64,000 nt of DNA from Eledone cirrhosa. Lineage: Eukaryota. Below the pieces are notes generated by a model, which made no database searches, was not told where the DNA came from, and saw nothing but the letters and a program-made list of their open reading frames with translations. The stretch lies in NCBI GenBank assembly GCA_964016885.1, contig OZ024743.1, positions 93,496,001-93,560,000 of the forward strand, read 5' to 3'. The translations under genes were made by a program, and so were the position numbers. Shown one piece after another: positions 1-11,516 of the stretch (positions within the stretch are counted from its first letter, which is position 1; each line of letters starts with the position of its first letter).

Positions 1-167
1 TAGTTGAGATGACATTTTAACAACAAGCCAATGAGGTTGATAGTCAGAGTTCTGAGGCAGGAAATGACAGAACTGTGGCATCAATAAGTGTTTTGTCTAC
101 ATGCATTGCTAACCTCAACACTCTGTATAGTGAAATTTCCCCCTTTTCTAAATATTTTAATTTTTAA

Positions 168-388
168 CCCTTTAGCATTTATATTATTCTATATTTACTA
201 TTGTATTTTCACAGTAAAGGCTTTATCTTATATAATTATCTCACATAATATCGAATCTACGAGATTTTGATGTTATTTATTTTGAGAACAATTCCTTAAT
301 GTAGGTATAAGCGGCCTGTTACAGCTAATTTGAGCAGAAAGAGATGAGAGAGTTCTGGTCAGATACGGTCAATTTAAATGCAAAAGGG
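168..388. mobile_element. piggyBac-type MITE
   Basis: TTAA on both sides (164-167, 389-392). Termini CCCTTTAGCATT / ATGCAAAAGGG match the ends of the 36533-37741 element. Confidence 0.7.
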
Positions 389-1674
389 TTAAAGTTAAGA
401 ATCCTATTAAATATTAGTAACTTTTTCATTACCATCTTTCTATTGAAGCACATTGCCTATGATTTTCAATTAATTTTGAAAATAATCGAATATTTGGAGA
501 GACTTGGTAATATAATTAACTTTCTCATTATTTATTTTGGTGTTTGGAGCATGACTTAATAAAGATTCTTTAATAGGTTTTTAGATTAATACAAACATTT
601 TAAAACAAACAGCTCTGTATAATAGATCCAGAGGCAGTTTGGTGTCAAGAGTTCAAATATCAACTAAATAATTCAAAACTGATTGACAGGCAATTTTTAT
701 ATACTCATATTTAGAGCAGGTTAGGGGTTGGGAAATATAGGTGATGCCTGAGAGAGAGGGATTATGGGGGATGCCTTAGTTCTAGTATAGACATTTAGTT
801 CATGATTGACTTTGTTTTTACGAATGTATTTTTTATGAGTTTGGTGTTCAATGGTCTTGTTCAATGGTCTTGTCTAGGGCATTTGGTGATCGCTTGCATT
901 TATTCTGGGTGTGTCTGCATTCACATGTGTGTACTTGCTTATTTGCATATATATATATGTGTGTTGAGGGTAGTTGTTGATGGTGAATAGACTGGTTGGA
1001 GCAATAACTGTCTTGTTTACATATATATATTATAATTTACTTGCAATTTTTATTTGGGGTTACTTTCTAACACAAAGCTATTACTTATTGAAAATGTTGT
1101 ACTACTTTTTATAATCCAGATTCAATTGGTTGAACTATATTAGAAATATCTTGTGTAGTTCTTTCCCAAAGACCTTAATAACTTGTTTTTAACACCAGAT
1201 TTATGATAGCAAATGAATGAGAATAACTCTCCTCCTGAACAGGACACCAGGCTATTGAAGTAGATTTCCCAAGTTCTTTGGTACCTTTTACAGACAAGTG
1301 ACTGAGGTTTGTGGAATGAAGTATACTGCTGAAATGCATGATGCCTGCAATAAATTTGAACTCAACCATAAACTGCTATACTAGAACTATATCCACTTGA
1401 CCATCATGCTTCTATACAGGGTATTGTTGTTGTTTTTTGTGGGGGGGAGGGGTCTTTGTCTCTTCATTGATGTGAAAACATGACACCATCTGCTTGGTGT
1501 GATATATTTACTCAAAGGCATCATAGCAATTTGAAAAACAATTTCTGATTTTGCATTGCGAATCTGTGACTCGTGATGGAATAGTATAGCATTGTATTCA
1601 CTCAACTATTTAATTTTTTAGTTAAAATCTGAAACCTAAGGAAATTGGTGATGGTTGACATTAGCAAATATTAG

Positions 1675-1810
1675 TCCATAGCAGGGTTTATAGAAGAGTT
1701 TCATAAGAATTTCAGTTGTCATAGGGAGTGAAGAATTTTACTTTTGCAGTAAAACTAGGTCCATAGCAGGGTTTATAGAAGAGTTTCATAAGAATTTCAG
1801 TTGTCATAGG
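1675..1810. repeat. Local direct duplication of about 50 bp
   Basis: GTCCATAGCAGGGTTTATAGAAGAGTTTCATAAGAATTTCAGTTGTCATAGG occurs twice, about 85 bp apart. Confidence 0.85.
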
Positions 1811-3937
1811 CAGATGAGGTACTAATTAGTTACAGATTGTATGACCTATTTGTAGGCACATGAAACTAATTACTAGAGTGGGTACAAAACAACTATCCTA
1901 GGGGATCAATGAATTGTATTTTACCACTAATACTATATTAGTTCTATGAACAAAGAACCCTGTTCTTTTTATTAGTCATAGTTCATCTGGCCTAATGGAA
2001 AGACCAATGGAAACATTATTTCCTTGGTTCGATTTGACAAGTTCCACTCCACTCAGTAAATGAATTAGGTCTGAGATCTTGTCAATCATAAAACATAACG
2101 GCATTAATTCCAGTATTTCCATGAGTACACTATTGCTTCAGTCTGTTTTGTAGGTATATCAGCTGAATTGATCTCAACATATTACTGGTACATATTCTGT
2201 TGACCCTGCAAAAGATTTGAATTTAGAATTGCAGGAGTGGAACTAAATACTTTTACTTTTCTACTCTCTTCATTACTCTCACCCATCTAATATGTCTCTC
2301 CCCATATCCCCCCCCCCCTTACTTTGTATATTCATTATCTTCAGAGATTAATGATAATGTATTTTCTTCAGATACCACAGGTGTTCTGACCTGTCTTCTG
2401 TTAGCCAACTTTTATTAGAAAACCAAACCACTTTAGATATCAGTCTCAACAATGCAATCCATATATATCTGCTGCGACTGTGTGTTAAGATAATCCCATG
2501 AAAGATTAGGTTACTTTTTTTCAATTTCTTTTCAGCTACATACAAATCCCACTGCCATTTTCCTTATCATTTTCTGCTAATTAATAAGCCTATTCATTCA
2601 AGAAGGAACAATCATTAATTGGAACAGCTGACAACTTGTCACAGAGTTAAGAATATTAGTATGGGTATTTTTTACAGTATAGTTTCTTTGTCTTTTAGAT
2701 CTATGTTCAAATCCCATAATACCCAACTCAGCTTTTCATTTCTGTTTTCTTTTTTGGCTGTGATGCATACATGGACTGTCCATTAACTCTTAATTGAGTT
2801 GTAATTGCGCCGTAGTGGCATATAGCGTTTTTATGGAAATTTTTTAAGCCTGGTGGAGCCTATCCCTCTCCAAGTTTGAACACAGCAAATTTCTTCCAGA
2901 AAGTGAAACAGAAATATAGAACAAATCAACCCCATTACTAACTAGACTGGTACTTTTTTCTATCAACCTTGGAAGGATGAAAAGCAAAGTTGACCTCTGT
3001 GGGATTTGAACTCAGAGACAAAGAGCCTGAACTACTCTGCCAATTTGTTGCCTGTTTTGGTTGAAATAGTAACTCATAAGAGTGAAGCAACCCAAAGGCT
3101 CCCTTCTGACTAACATCCCTATAACATAATTGCCCTATTCCTACATACCCTTGATGTTTTAGAGGCAAACAAAGATCGTTTTAGTGAGTGTGGTGTCCTT
3201 TCACCATACCGGAGGGGGGGAGGGGTTGGCACAAAAGATGACTTTCCGAGCTTTAGTATCTGTTACATATGTAACCTCCAATATTATCTTATAATAGTTA
3301 ACAAACCTTAGAAATGAGTTTGCAGATTCTCACCATTAACAAGTTTTTTACGTGACTAAACAAACTTTCAAATTTGATACTTTATGAATAATCATGACGG
3401 CAGCTGGTAACATTTTTTTTATAGTAGTGTAAAATAAAATGAAGCAGACATAGCTCCTGATTCTCTCTCTATCTCTCTCTCTATTTATCTATATTACTAA
3501 AACAGAATGTCTGTTTGTCTGTCTGTACAATCACTAAAACTTGAGAACCACCCAACTGATTGTTTTCAAATTTTACACATGTAATACTTATGGTCCTATT
3601 GAGTGTTCTGAGCAAAAAAAAAATTCAAATTTTCAATGCCCTGGGGACCGCATTAGGCGATTTAGCGATCTCTTTCTCTCGCTTTTAGTCTTTCACTTTT
3701 TAGATAGATACATAGATATTACGTTGCGCCCTTATAATATCTGTCTGTATGCTTGGCTGTCTGCATTACATCATTATGACACGGTGTGTGTGTAGATGTG
3801 TATATATATATATATATATAAACGTTAGAATATGTGTAATAAGGCCAAGACAATGCAGATATGGACATAGAAAAAAGAATGCAATAGTGAGAGATATTGA
3901 TGAGAATTCGTCTTTCACCTTGAATTTATTTAAATGT

Positions 3938-3971
3938 CCTTAAATTCGAGATAATATCTCTTCTTCGGAGG
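3938..3971 (-). ncRNA. Degenerate minimal hammerhead-like motif in the PLE 3' region
   Basis: Minus strand CCT-CCGAAGA-A-GAGAT-ATT-ATCTC-GAATTTA-AGG. Helix I is CCT/AGG and helix II has 5 bp, but the core has U4C and is one nt short at GAAA. Confidence 0.35.
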
Positions 3972-4347
3972 GAAGTAAAAGTCTCAGACCAGCGTCTTAA
4001 ATTTCCAATGAAGCCATGCTGACCGGAAATAGTATAGAGTTCTAACTTTAATATCAAAGAATTAAAATTAGGTGGGTAAAGAGTAGTCTCCCTTTAAGAG
4101 GGGTTTGTTTGTTTTTGTTGTTTTTTAAATTTTATATGCGTGCCTGTATATGTGTGGGAGAAAGCATGAAGGTGTAGGTATGTGGGTGTGTGTGTGTGAG
4201 TGTGGGAAGATAGGTCTAATCGTAAAAGTGGGGGGTAGGTGTTATCTGGTGTTAGAACTGGTTTTGTGTGTGTATGTGTGAGAGAGAATAAGTGGAGGTG
4301 TGCGCGTGCGTGTGTGTGGGGTGTGTAAAGTGGGGCTAGAGGCCCTA

Positions 4348-6360
4348 TCAGGTTATAAATTGGGTGTTGAGCTCTAGTCTATTATTGATTGGTGGATGTG
4401 TTCTATCTATAATGAGTGCTTCCTTGATTCTAAGATTGCCGAGGTTTCTTTCTTTAGTTTCTATCCTAACTGTTATGTTTTTATCAGTGTTTTTGCATTT
4501 AACTAGGTGTTTCTTAAATGAGGAAGCGTTAGTATTGAGGTGTTCTTTTATTCTTATGTGGAGTGGTCTGGTGGTGCTACCTACGTAGAAGTTGTTGCAT
4601 TTGTCACACTCTAGTCTGTAAACTACGTAAGCCTGGTGGCATAGGTCTGTGTCGTTGATGGGGCAGTTGGCTAGTCTGCAGCAGTTGTCATGTCTGGTGG
4701 AGTGTCTCTTAGCTAGCCGTCCACGCAAAGAAGGACCCGAATGGGCCAGTTGAATATCCAGACCTTCTCTGCGGATGGCTGTTGTTGTTTCTTCACTGAA
4801 GTGTGGGAGCTTCAGGAAGCAAGTGTTAGTGCCTCGGGTGTGGTGTCCTCTGTTCTTTCTGGCACGGTTTGTGGTGGATGTCGTGTATCCGTTCAGTTTG
4901 AGTACTTCCAGGAAATGTGTGGTGTGTGTGTCTCGGTCTCTGGCGTCGGTGCATTTGTTCTTGATACGTGCCAGTTCGTTCTTTATGTATCCGAACTTGG
5001 CACCAAGTGGGAGGGCCGATCTGAAATGTACGAACAGGTCCCTGCTGGCGGATTTTTTATAGAAGCAGGTGTGGATGTTGCCTTCCTCTGTTACCCTGAG
5101 TTGGAAGTCCAGCAGGGATAGGGATCCGCGGTCATCGGGGTGTTCTATGCTGAACTTTATACTGGCGTCCATGCTGGAGAATGTTGTGTATATTTTCTCT
5201 GCCTCCTCACGGGATGATGTAAGGATGAGTATGTCATCTACATACCGGGTGAAGAAGGCATGGGAATGGCAGGTGTTGAGGGCTCGGCATTCTAGCTGGT
5301 TCATGTAAGTGATGGCCAGCAGGCCAGAGAGGCTGGATCCCATGGGTAATCCTGTTGTCTGTCTGTATGTGTGGTGGTGGAAGGTGAAGTACGTGTTGTC
5401 TACTGTGAAGGACAAAAGTTGGTGTATGTCCGTCGGGTGGAGGCCGTAGCAGTGGATGTTCTCTGCGACCACGCAGTCCGTCAATAAATCGACAGCTGGG
5501 TGAGCGGGGACTGTAGTGTAGAGGGAGACAACGTCGAGGCTAAAAGCGTATTTATTAAGTTTAAGTTGTTCTGGCTGGAGTTGGTGTAATCTACGTATAA
5601 CTTCGTCGGAGCTACTGACATGTCCGGGGAAGGTGGAGAGTAGAGGCTTGAGGACCTGGGAGAGAAGCCAGGAAATTTTGTATAGGGGTCCTTCTATGCT
5701 AGAGACGATGGGTCTTATATGCGTCTTAGTGCTATTCTTGTGGGTCTTGATGAGGTGGTAGAAAGTGGGCAGTCTGCTATTTCTAGTGGTGTAGTTGAGT
5801 TTAATTTTATTCGGGAGTTGTCTTCTCCTACAGATATCGAACCAAATGGAGTTAGTCTGTTTTTCGATTTGGGCTGCGGTCATGTCCGGGATCACTGTGT
5901 ACAGTTCACTGTCACGTAGGTGTTCGAAGGCTAGGTTATTGTATGTGGCTTGAGAGATGACGCAGAACTCTTTACCTTTGTCGGATGGTAAGTAAATAAG
6001 TTCCTTATTCCGTAGGTTCTTCAGGGCGAGTTGTTGTGTCCTGGAGAGGTTAGGGGCCATCTTCTTCTGTTTCCGTAAGATGTTAAATACGGAATGTTTT
6101 AGTCTCGAGAGTTTTTCTTCCAGCTCGCGGTTGGCGGGCGGTGGATAGAGTGGGCAATCTAGTTGGTATATCGGGAATCTGGGTGTGGTGGATTCCGTGG
6201 TGTTGTTGTCGAGAGTCGATATCCATTTCAGTTGGTAGGCAGTCCGACAGAAATTCGTTTCTATGTCGAGCCATAGTCTGTCGTCCAGTCTCTGTTTCAA
6301 TATGAACTTGGGACCCAGGCTGAGGAGGTCTAATTCCTCTCGGGAGAGGGATCCTGTCAA
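4348..6360 (-). CDS. Penelope-like reverse transcriptase with C-terminal GIY-YIG endonuclease (670 aa, no ATG start, N-terminus truncated)
   Basis: LLSLGPKF N-terminal motif, PSDKG, IRPIVS, SLDVVSLYT, GLPMGSSLS, RYVDD, SLLDF. GIY-YIG motif VVYRLECDKCNNFYVGST...RIKEH...KEAL. Uninterrupted frame. Confidence 0.92.
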   Translation of the reverse strand: MTGSLSREELDLLSLGPKFILKQRLDDRLWLDIETNFCRTAYQLKWISTLDNNTTESTTPRFPIYQLDCPLYPPPANRELEEKLSRLKHSVFNILRKQKKMAPNLSRTQQLALKNLRNKELIYLPSDKGKEFCVISQATYNNLAFEHLRDSELYTVIPDMTAAQIEKQTNSIWFDICRRRQLPNKIKLNYTTRNSRLPTFYHLIKTHKNSTKTHIRPIVSSIEGPLYKISWLLSQVLKPLLSTFPGHVSSSDEVIRRLHQLQPEQLKLNKYAFSLDVVSLYTTVPAHPAVDLLTDCVVAENIHCYGLHPTDIHQLLSFTVDNTYFTFHHHTYRQTTGLPMGSSLSGLLAITYMNQLECRALNTCHSHAFFTRYVDDILILTSSREEAEKIYTTFSSMDASIKFSIEHPDDRGSLSLLDFQLRVTEEGNIHTCFYKKSASRDLFVHFRSALPLGAKFGYIKNELARIKNKCTDARDRDTHTTHFLEVLKLNGYTTSTTNRARKNRGHHTRGTNTCFLKLPHFSEETTTAIRREGLDIQLAHSGPSLRGRLAKRHSTRHDNCCRLANCPINDTDLCHQAYVVYRLECDKCNNFYVGSTTRPLHIRIKEHLNTNASSFKKHLVKCKNTDKNITVRIETKERNLGNLRIKEALIIDRTHPPINNRLELNTQFIT

Positions 6361-6407
6361 GTCTGTGACGAGGTGTTGTTGGTCGGGGTGCCGCTAGGTT
6401 CGGCCTC

Positions 6408-6453
<46 letters not shown>

Positions 6454-6494
6454 TGTGTGTGTAACGTTTTTCGAAATATTTACTTCTGCGTTCG

Positions 6495-6568
6495 CAGATT
6501 TATTATTTTAGTTTCAGAAGATCCCGTTAAGGGTGAAAGCAGCGATTCTTTGCTTAAACTTTAATCTG
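6495..6568 (+). ncRNA. Type I hammerhead-like motif (U4A core variant)
   Basis: AGTTT-CAGAAGA-T-CCC-GTTAA-GGG-T-GAAA-GCA-(9 nt)-TGC-TT-AAACT. Helix I AGTTT/AAACT is extended after an internal loop by CAGATT/AATCTG. Confidence 0.55.
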
Positions 6569-6571
6569 TTA

Positions 6572-6693
6572 TTTTAATATAAATGAGATTCTACAGGACT
6601 AGAACTGTTTCATTCTTTAGAAATCATCAGGAATCCTGAGATTTCTAAAGAATGAAACAGTTCTAGTCCTGTAGAATCTCATCTATATTAAAA
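6572..6693. repeat. Near-perfect palindrome (about 60 bp arms) made of two divergent hammerhead copies
   Basis: TTTTAATATAAATGAGATTCTACAGG...CATCAGGA-A-TCCTGAGA...CCTGTAGAATCTCATCTATATTAAAA. Confidence 0.9.
6587..6635 (-). ncRNA. Type I hammerhead ribozyme with intact core
   Basis: Minus strand GATTC-CTGATGA-T-TTC-TAAA-GAA-T-GAAA-CAG-TTCTAGTC-CTG-TA-GAATC. Helix I 5 bp, helix II 3 bp closed by U.U, helix III CAG/CTG, cleavage triplet GUA. Confidence 0.8.
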
Positions 6694-6775
6694 CTTTTAA
6701 ACTCTATGTATTGAGTACCTTACTTACTGTGGTTACCTCCGATTCAACCCGGAATAACGTATATATATATATATA

Positions 6776-7368
6776 TAAATGTAAGTATGTATGTATACGT
6801 ACATACATATATGTATACAGACGTACAGTAGCATGCATATATATATATATATATATATACATACATGCAGGTACACGTACATATATGCACGCATCAGTTT
6901 AGCGGACGCTTATTATAGCGCTTGCTTTGTTCGTTTGTCAACAAACTGAACAGCCTGAATTTATGCCATACGGTGTTAAGGCAACCACGTCACCTTTTTG
7001 TTCAACACTGACACAGAAACGATGTACTAGTTTCAAGCTTGTTAGCTATCATCAGCACCGTTTACCCATCTGCCAGATAGTTGAACGTTCGAAAGTATAT
7101 ACTTTCCTTATGAAAATTAACGGCTGAGCAGCCTAATTTGCATATTGAGTGAGTTAAATCGGTCAGGCATACCGAAAACGATAAGTTGAAAAAAATGAAA
7201 ACGAAAAACGAACAAAGCAAGCGCTATAATAAGCGTCCGCTAAACTGATGCGTGCATATATGTATGTGTACCTGCATGTATGTATATATATATATATATA
7301 TATATATGCATGCTACTGTACGTCTGTATACATATATGTATGTACGTATACATACATACTTACATTTA
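6776..7368. repeat. Long inverted repeat (arms 6776-6936 and 7206-7368, spacer about 270 bp)
   Basis: The arms are near-exact reverse complements, including the internal TA tracts. Confidence 0.9.
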
Positions 7369-7849
7369 AGTAAGTGCCATACTAAGAGTGAGAAATGAAA
7401 TTTCGTTTTTCGTTTTCATTTTTTTCAACTTGTATATATATATATATATATCATCATCATCATCATCATCATCAACGTTTAACGTCCGTGTTCCACGCTT
7501 GCATGGGTTTGGACGGGGGTAGTCCCACTTGAGGCAAGAGTGATTGTCTTGCTCGCATAGGACTGTCTGGGAGGTTTCCTACAGTTGGATGCCCTTCCTA
7601 ACACCAACCACATTTACAGTGTGGGTCTAGGAGGTTTTTACCGTGTTGCCTACACGGCCACATTACAGCGTGGACTGTGTGTTTTTTTGTCGTGACACCT
7701 ACACGGTCTCATTTGTTTCGGCTTATGGCGCGGCACCAACATAACTTTACATAGAACGGGGTGGTGTGGATGGGGTGGTGGTGGTAGTGGTGGGACGGGG
7801 TGTATTTTGTTAGAGATGCCTACTGGTTGGAGTAGGTTTTACTATATAT

Positions 7850-9424
7850 TTAGGTAAGGCGGGTCTTCTCTGTTACTGAGTACCGCCAAAGGTCTCGATC
7901 CAGTGACATTGTCTTGGAGAAGTGTAAGTGTGTGATGTCGGAGTTTATCAGCTCATCCCAGGTTTTTCTAGGTCTGCCTATTCCGTGACTACCGTCTATC
8001 TTTATTGCCCTGCACTTTGTTATACAGCTATCGACTTTCATGTGCATCACGTGTCCATACCAACGTAGCCTTCTCTCGAGTAAACAACATCTGATCCCTC
8101 TTATCTCTAATTTTTTCCTTAGTTCGTTTATGCTTTGCCGTTCACGTATATTACTGTTACACATCCAGCGGAGCATGCAAGCTTCGTTCCTCTCTAGTCT
8201 GCGTATATCCTCTGCACACAATGCCCAGGTCTCACTGCCATGCAGCATTGCTGTTCGTATGCAGGCATCGTACAACCTGCCTTTCATTTTTAGGGAGAAC
8301 CCTTTAGCAGCTAATAGTGGTATAAGCTCTCTGAACTTTTTCCAACCAGTTCTGACTCTAGCTACAGTACTTTCAGGGCACCCTCCCCCACTGCTGATTT
8401 TATCGCCCAGGTAACGGAAGCTGTCCACTATTTCTATAGAACCCTCTGCGCAATTGAAAGAGCTAGTATTCTGTGGGCACTTGCTGCTACTTATTGCACC
8501 AGAACACCGGCCACATGTAAAATCTATGTTCTTAGTTAGCTTACCTGTGATCCCACTACATCTTTTATACACCCATACTTTGCATTTAGGACATAAAATG
8601 GAGTTTCTACTTACGCCTTTCCTACACACCGAGCACGCCCATTTCCCAGAAGGGACCGCCGCCTTGTTTTCTTTCCTACAAACTAGAACTTTGGTCTTAG
8701 CCAGGTTAATTTTAAGTCCTTTTGACTCTAGGCCGTGCTTCCATGTTTGGAATTTCTTCTCTAGCTCGGCCATTGATTCCGCTATGAGTGTCAGGTCGTC
8801 TGCGTATAGGAGTTCCCATGGGCAGCCTGTCTTGAACTCCTCTGTTATAGCCTGAAGGGCAATAATAAATAGTAGGGGGCTGAGAACAGAGCCCTGATGG
8901 ACGCCAACTTTTACGCTAAACTCTTCACTATATTCGTTGTTAATTCTAACCTTGCTGACTGTTTCTTTATACATGGCTTGTATAGCCCTCACAAGCCATT
9001 CGTCAACGCCTAGTTTTCTAAGAGCCCACCAGATAATGGAGCGGGGGACTCTGTCGAAGGCTTTCTCCAAGTCGACAAAAGCTAAGTAGAGGGGTTTACC
9101 TTTAGCTAGGTACTTCTCCTGTAGTTGTCGTACTATGAAAAGAGCGTCTGTGGTACTTTTGCCTGACACAAACCCGAACTGCATTTCATCTAGGTCGATT
9201 CTCTCTCTGATTAGTTGCGCGATTACTTTTTCCGTGACCTTCATGACCTGGTCGATTAATTTAATGCCTCTATAGTTACTCCTATCTAGGGCGTCTCCTT
9301 TACCCTTATAACAGTTAACGATGATGCTGCTATGCCAGTCCTTCGGAACAACCCCATTCTGTACGACTTGGTTAACTATGCAGGTGACCATGGTGTGTCC
9401 CACCGTGCCAGATGCCTTCAGCAT
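7850..9424 (-). pseudogene. RTE ORF, RT half with inserted PHD-like Cys-rich finger
   Basis: 524-aa ORF separated from the APE half by an 8-bp deletion. Confidence 0.88.
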
Positions 9425-10817
9425 CTATTTCCGAAGGCCCAGCCGCCTTACCCGTCTTCATATCCTTGATTGCCTTACTTATTATACTCCCCTCGACTAA
9501 CACTGCTGGTCCCTCTATTGGGTCGATATGGGGGAGACTGTCTTTCTCCCATTTATTCTCCTCATTTAGTAGCCTTTCGTAGTGACACTTCCAAGCTACC
9601 TTCTTATCAGCGTCGGTGATGGCAAGTGTGCCATCGTCGTTTAGTACACACTTCTCCCCGACAATATCACGGTTTTCCTTGACGCATTGCCTGGCAATCC
9701 TGAACACCTCACGTTTTTGGTCATCGTGTTGTAGAACATGTTTGAACTTTCTTTCCTCAGCTTCCCTTCTTGCTAAGTACACTTGTCTCCTAGCTTCCCT
9801 CCTGGCCACTTGATAGTCCTCTCTCCTTCCCCCATCCCGCCATACTTTCCAAGCCTGCTTTTTGGCCTTAATTGACCCCTCCACCTTACTGTTCCACCAC
9901 CATGTTACTCTCCTCCTGCCTACAGGCCTGCTCCAGCCACAGACTTCGTCTGTCGCCAACAGCAGGTTTGCTTTCAGAAATTCCCACTCTCCCTCTATAT
10001 TGTCCGACTCTAAATGTTCTTCCTTACTGTCGAAAGCATCAAGTAATATGCTTTGAAATTTATTCCTGGCTGTGGGGTCCTTTAGCTTCCATATTTTTCT
10101 CCTGAGGATAGTCCTCTTCTGCTGTCGAGTACGTCTCGTCCTGACTATGAGGTCGCTAATTATCAGTCTATGTTGGGAGGTGCATTCTTCATGGGGGAGG
10201 GATTTGGTGTTTACAACAGACACTCTGTCACGTCTTCTGGTAAGGATATAATCTACCTGGCTTGTGTGTTCCCCGGATCTATAGGTGATCAGGTGATTGT
10301 CACGTTTTTTGAAGTTAGTGTTACAGATAGTTAGGTTGTTTGCATCACAGAATTCCAGGATTCTGGAGCCTTCCTCATTTCTAGTACCAAACCCATAGCC
10401 TCCATGGATTTCGTCGTAGCCGTCACAATGTTGTCCAACGTGACCATTTAGGTCGCCTGCAATAATTATATAGTCACTGTCGGATATTTGGGAGGTAGTT
10501 AGCATCAGTGTCTCATAGAATCTGTCTTTTATAGTGCCGGGCAGTCCGGATTGGGGTGCGTACTCAGATATTACTGTCACCGTAGTTCTATTGAGGACAA
10601 GTCGTATTTTAATTATTCTGTCGTTCACTCTATTTACGTCTATTATCTTATCTGCCCACTTTTCTGCTACCATGATTCCTACCCCACCCAGCCCATCGTC
10701 GTTTCCCACCCAGAAAAGCTTATAACATCGTTTTTTACCCTCAATGAATCTAGCAGACCCACCCCTCCACCTGGTCTCTTGAATACAACAAACATCGACC
10801 TCCTTACGTTCAAGCAT
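9372..10817 (-). pseudogene. RTE ORF, APE endonuclease half
   Basis: 481-aa ORF with exonuclease/endonuclease/phosphatase-fold motifs. Confidence 0.88.
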
Positions 10818-11485
10818 TTCTACAACCTCGTTAGCGCGACCCTTTAGGGTGCCTACATTTATGGTACCAACTCTGAAGTTTTGGATTGCGTTTGGGGGGG
10901 GGGGTTATGTTAGCCGTCCGCGGTCGAAACAATGAGGAGTGCTCGCATTCTCGTCCAAGAGGTGAACTTGTCTTTATCTTTGGCATTGCCGCTGAGCGTC
11001 CAGATTTTTCTCTCTCTCTCTCCTCCACTTTCCAGGATTCCGCAGTCCATCCATCCATCCATCATATATCGAAAGGCAAGCGATAGTATAGGCCTCTGGC
11101 TTCTGATTGGTCCGCGTAATAATAATACTGGTGATGCGTGGGGGCTCTGGCTTATGATTGGTCCACGTAATAGCAATGGTGGTGCGTGGGGGCGGGAGGG
11201 AGGGATGTTGGGTAGCTAGATAGAAGGTAATGATTGAATGGGGTCCTTGCATTTAACAAGCGATTAACAAAAATACAAAATTTGTTTTGTTCAATACGAC
11301 CAAAAACTTTCGTATCTAACAATTAATGGATACAAAAAATGTCGATTGTTTTAGCGATAGATTGGCTATTTGGACTTGATACGAATATGGTTTGTGGGGG
11401 CAGAGATGAAGAGAAAAATATGTACATTACGTTACATGAATATCGTGGGGTAGACAGCAAAGCAATGGAATTTGGCGAAGTGAAT

Positions 11486-11516
<31 letters not shown>

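Larger units (their letters stand above)
3821..6410 (-). mobile_element. Penelope-like retroelement (PLE), 5'-truncated, bounded by (TA)n tracts
   Basis: RT plus GIY-YIG ORF with about 500 bp of 3' non-coding sequence. (TA)n tracts end at 3820 and start at about 6410. Confidence 0.85.
7451..10903 (-). mobile_element. RTE-clade LINE, near full-length ORF (APE endonuclease + RT), one frameshift
   Basis: APE motifs VGTINV (upstream of the first ATG, same frame), IQETRW, AGDLNGH, VDYIL, SQH. RT motifs YRGIKL, FVDLEKAFD, GVHQGSVLSP, YADD, FRYLG. C-terminal RRLRWYGHV and GRPRKTW. (GAT)n tail at 7451-7473. Confidence 0.93.

Noticed and set aside
4364-5919. Plus-strand ORFs overlapping the Penelope ORF (and similar antisense ORFs over the RTEs)
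   Set aside because: Antisense shadows of TE coding sequence.
10958-10995. Helitron PIF1 helicase fragment (RGELVFIFGIAA resembles RGE...SSGIAA)
   Set aside because: Too short, and no other Rep/Hel motifs nearby.
10905-11000. HDV-like ribozyme at the RTE 5' end (minus strand has CACTCCTC...GG...GGCTAA)
   Set aside because: The L3-like and J4/2-like words are present, but I could not form convincing P1 and P2 helices. An HDV descriptor search would settle it.
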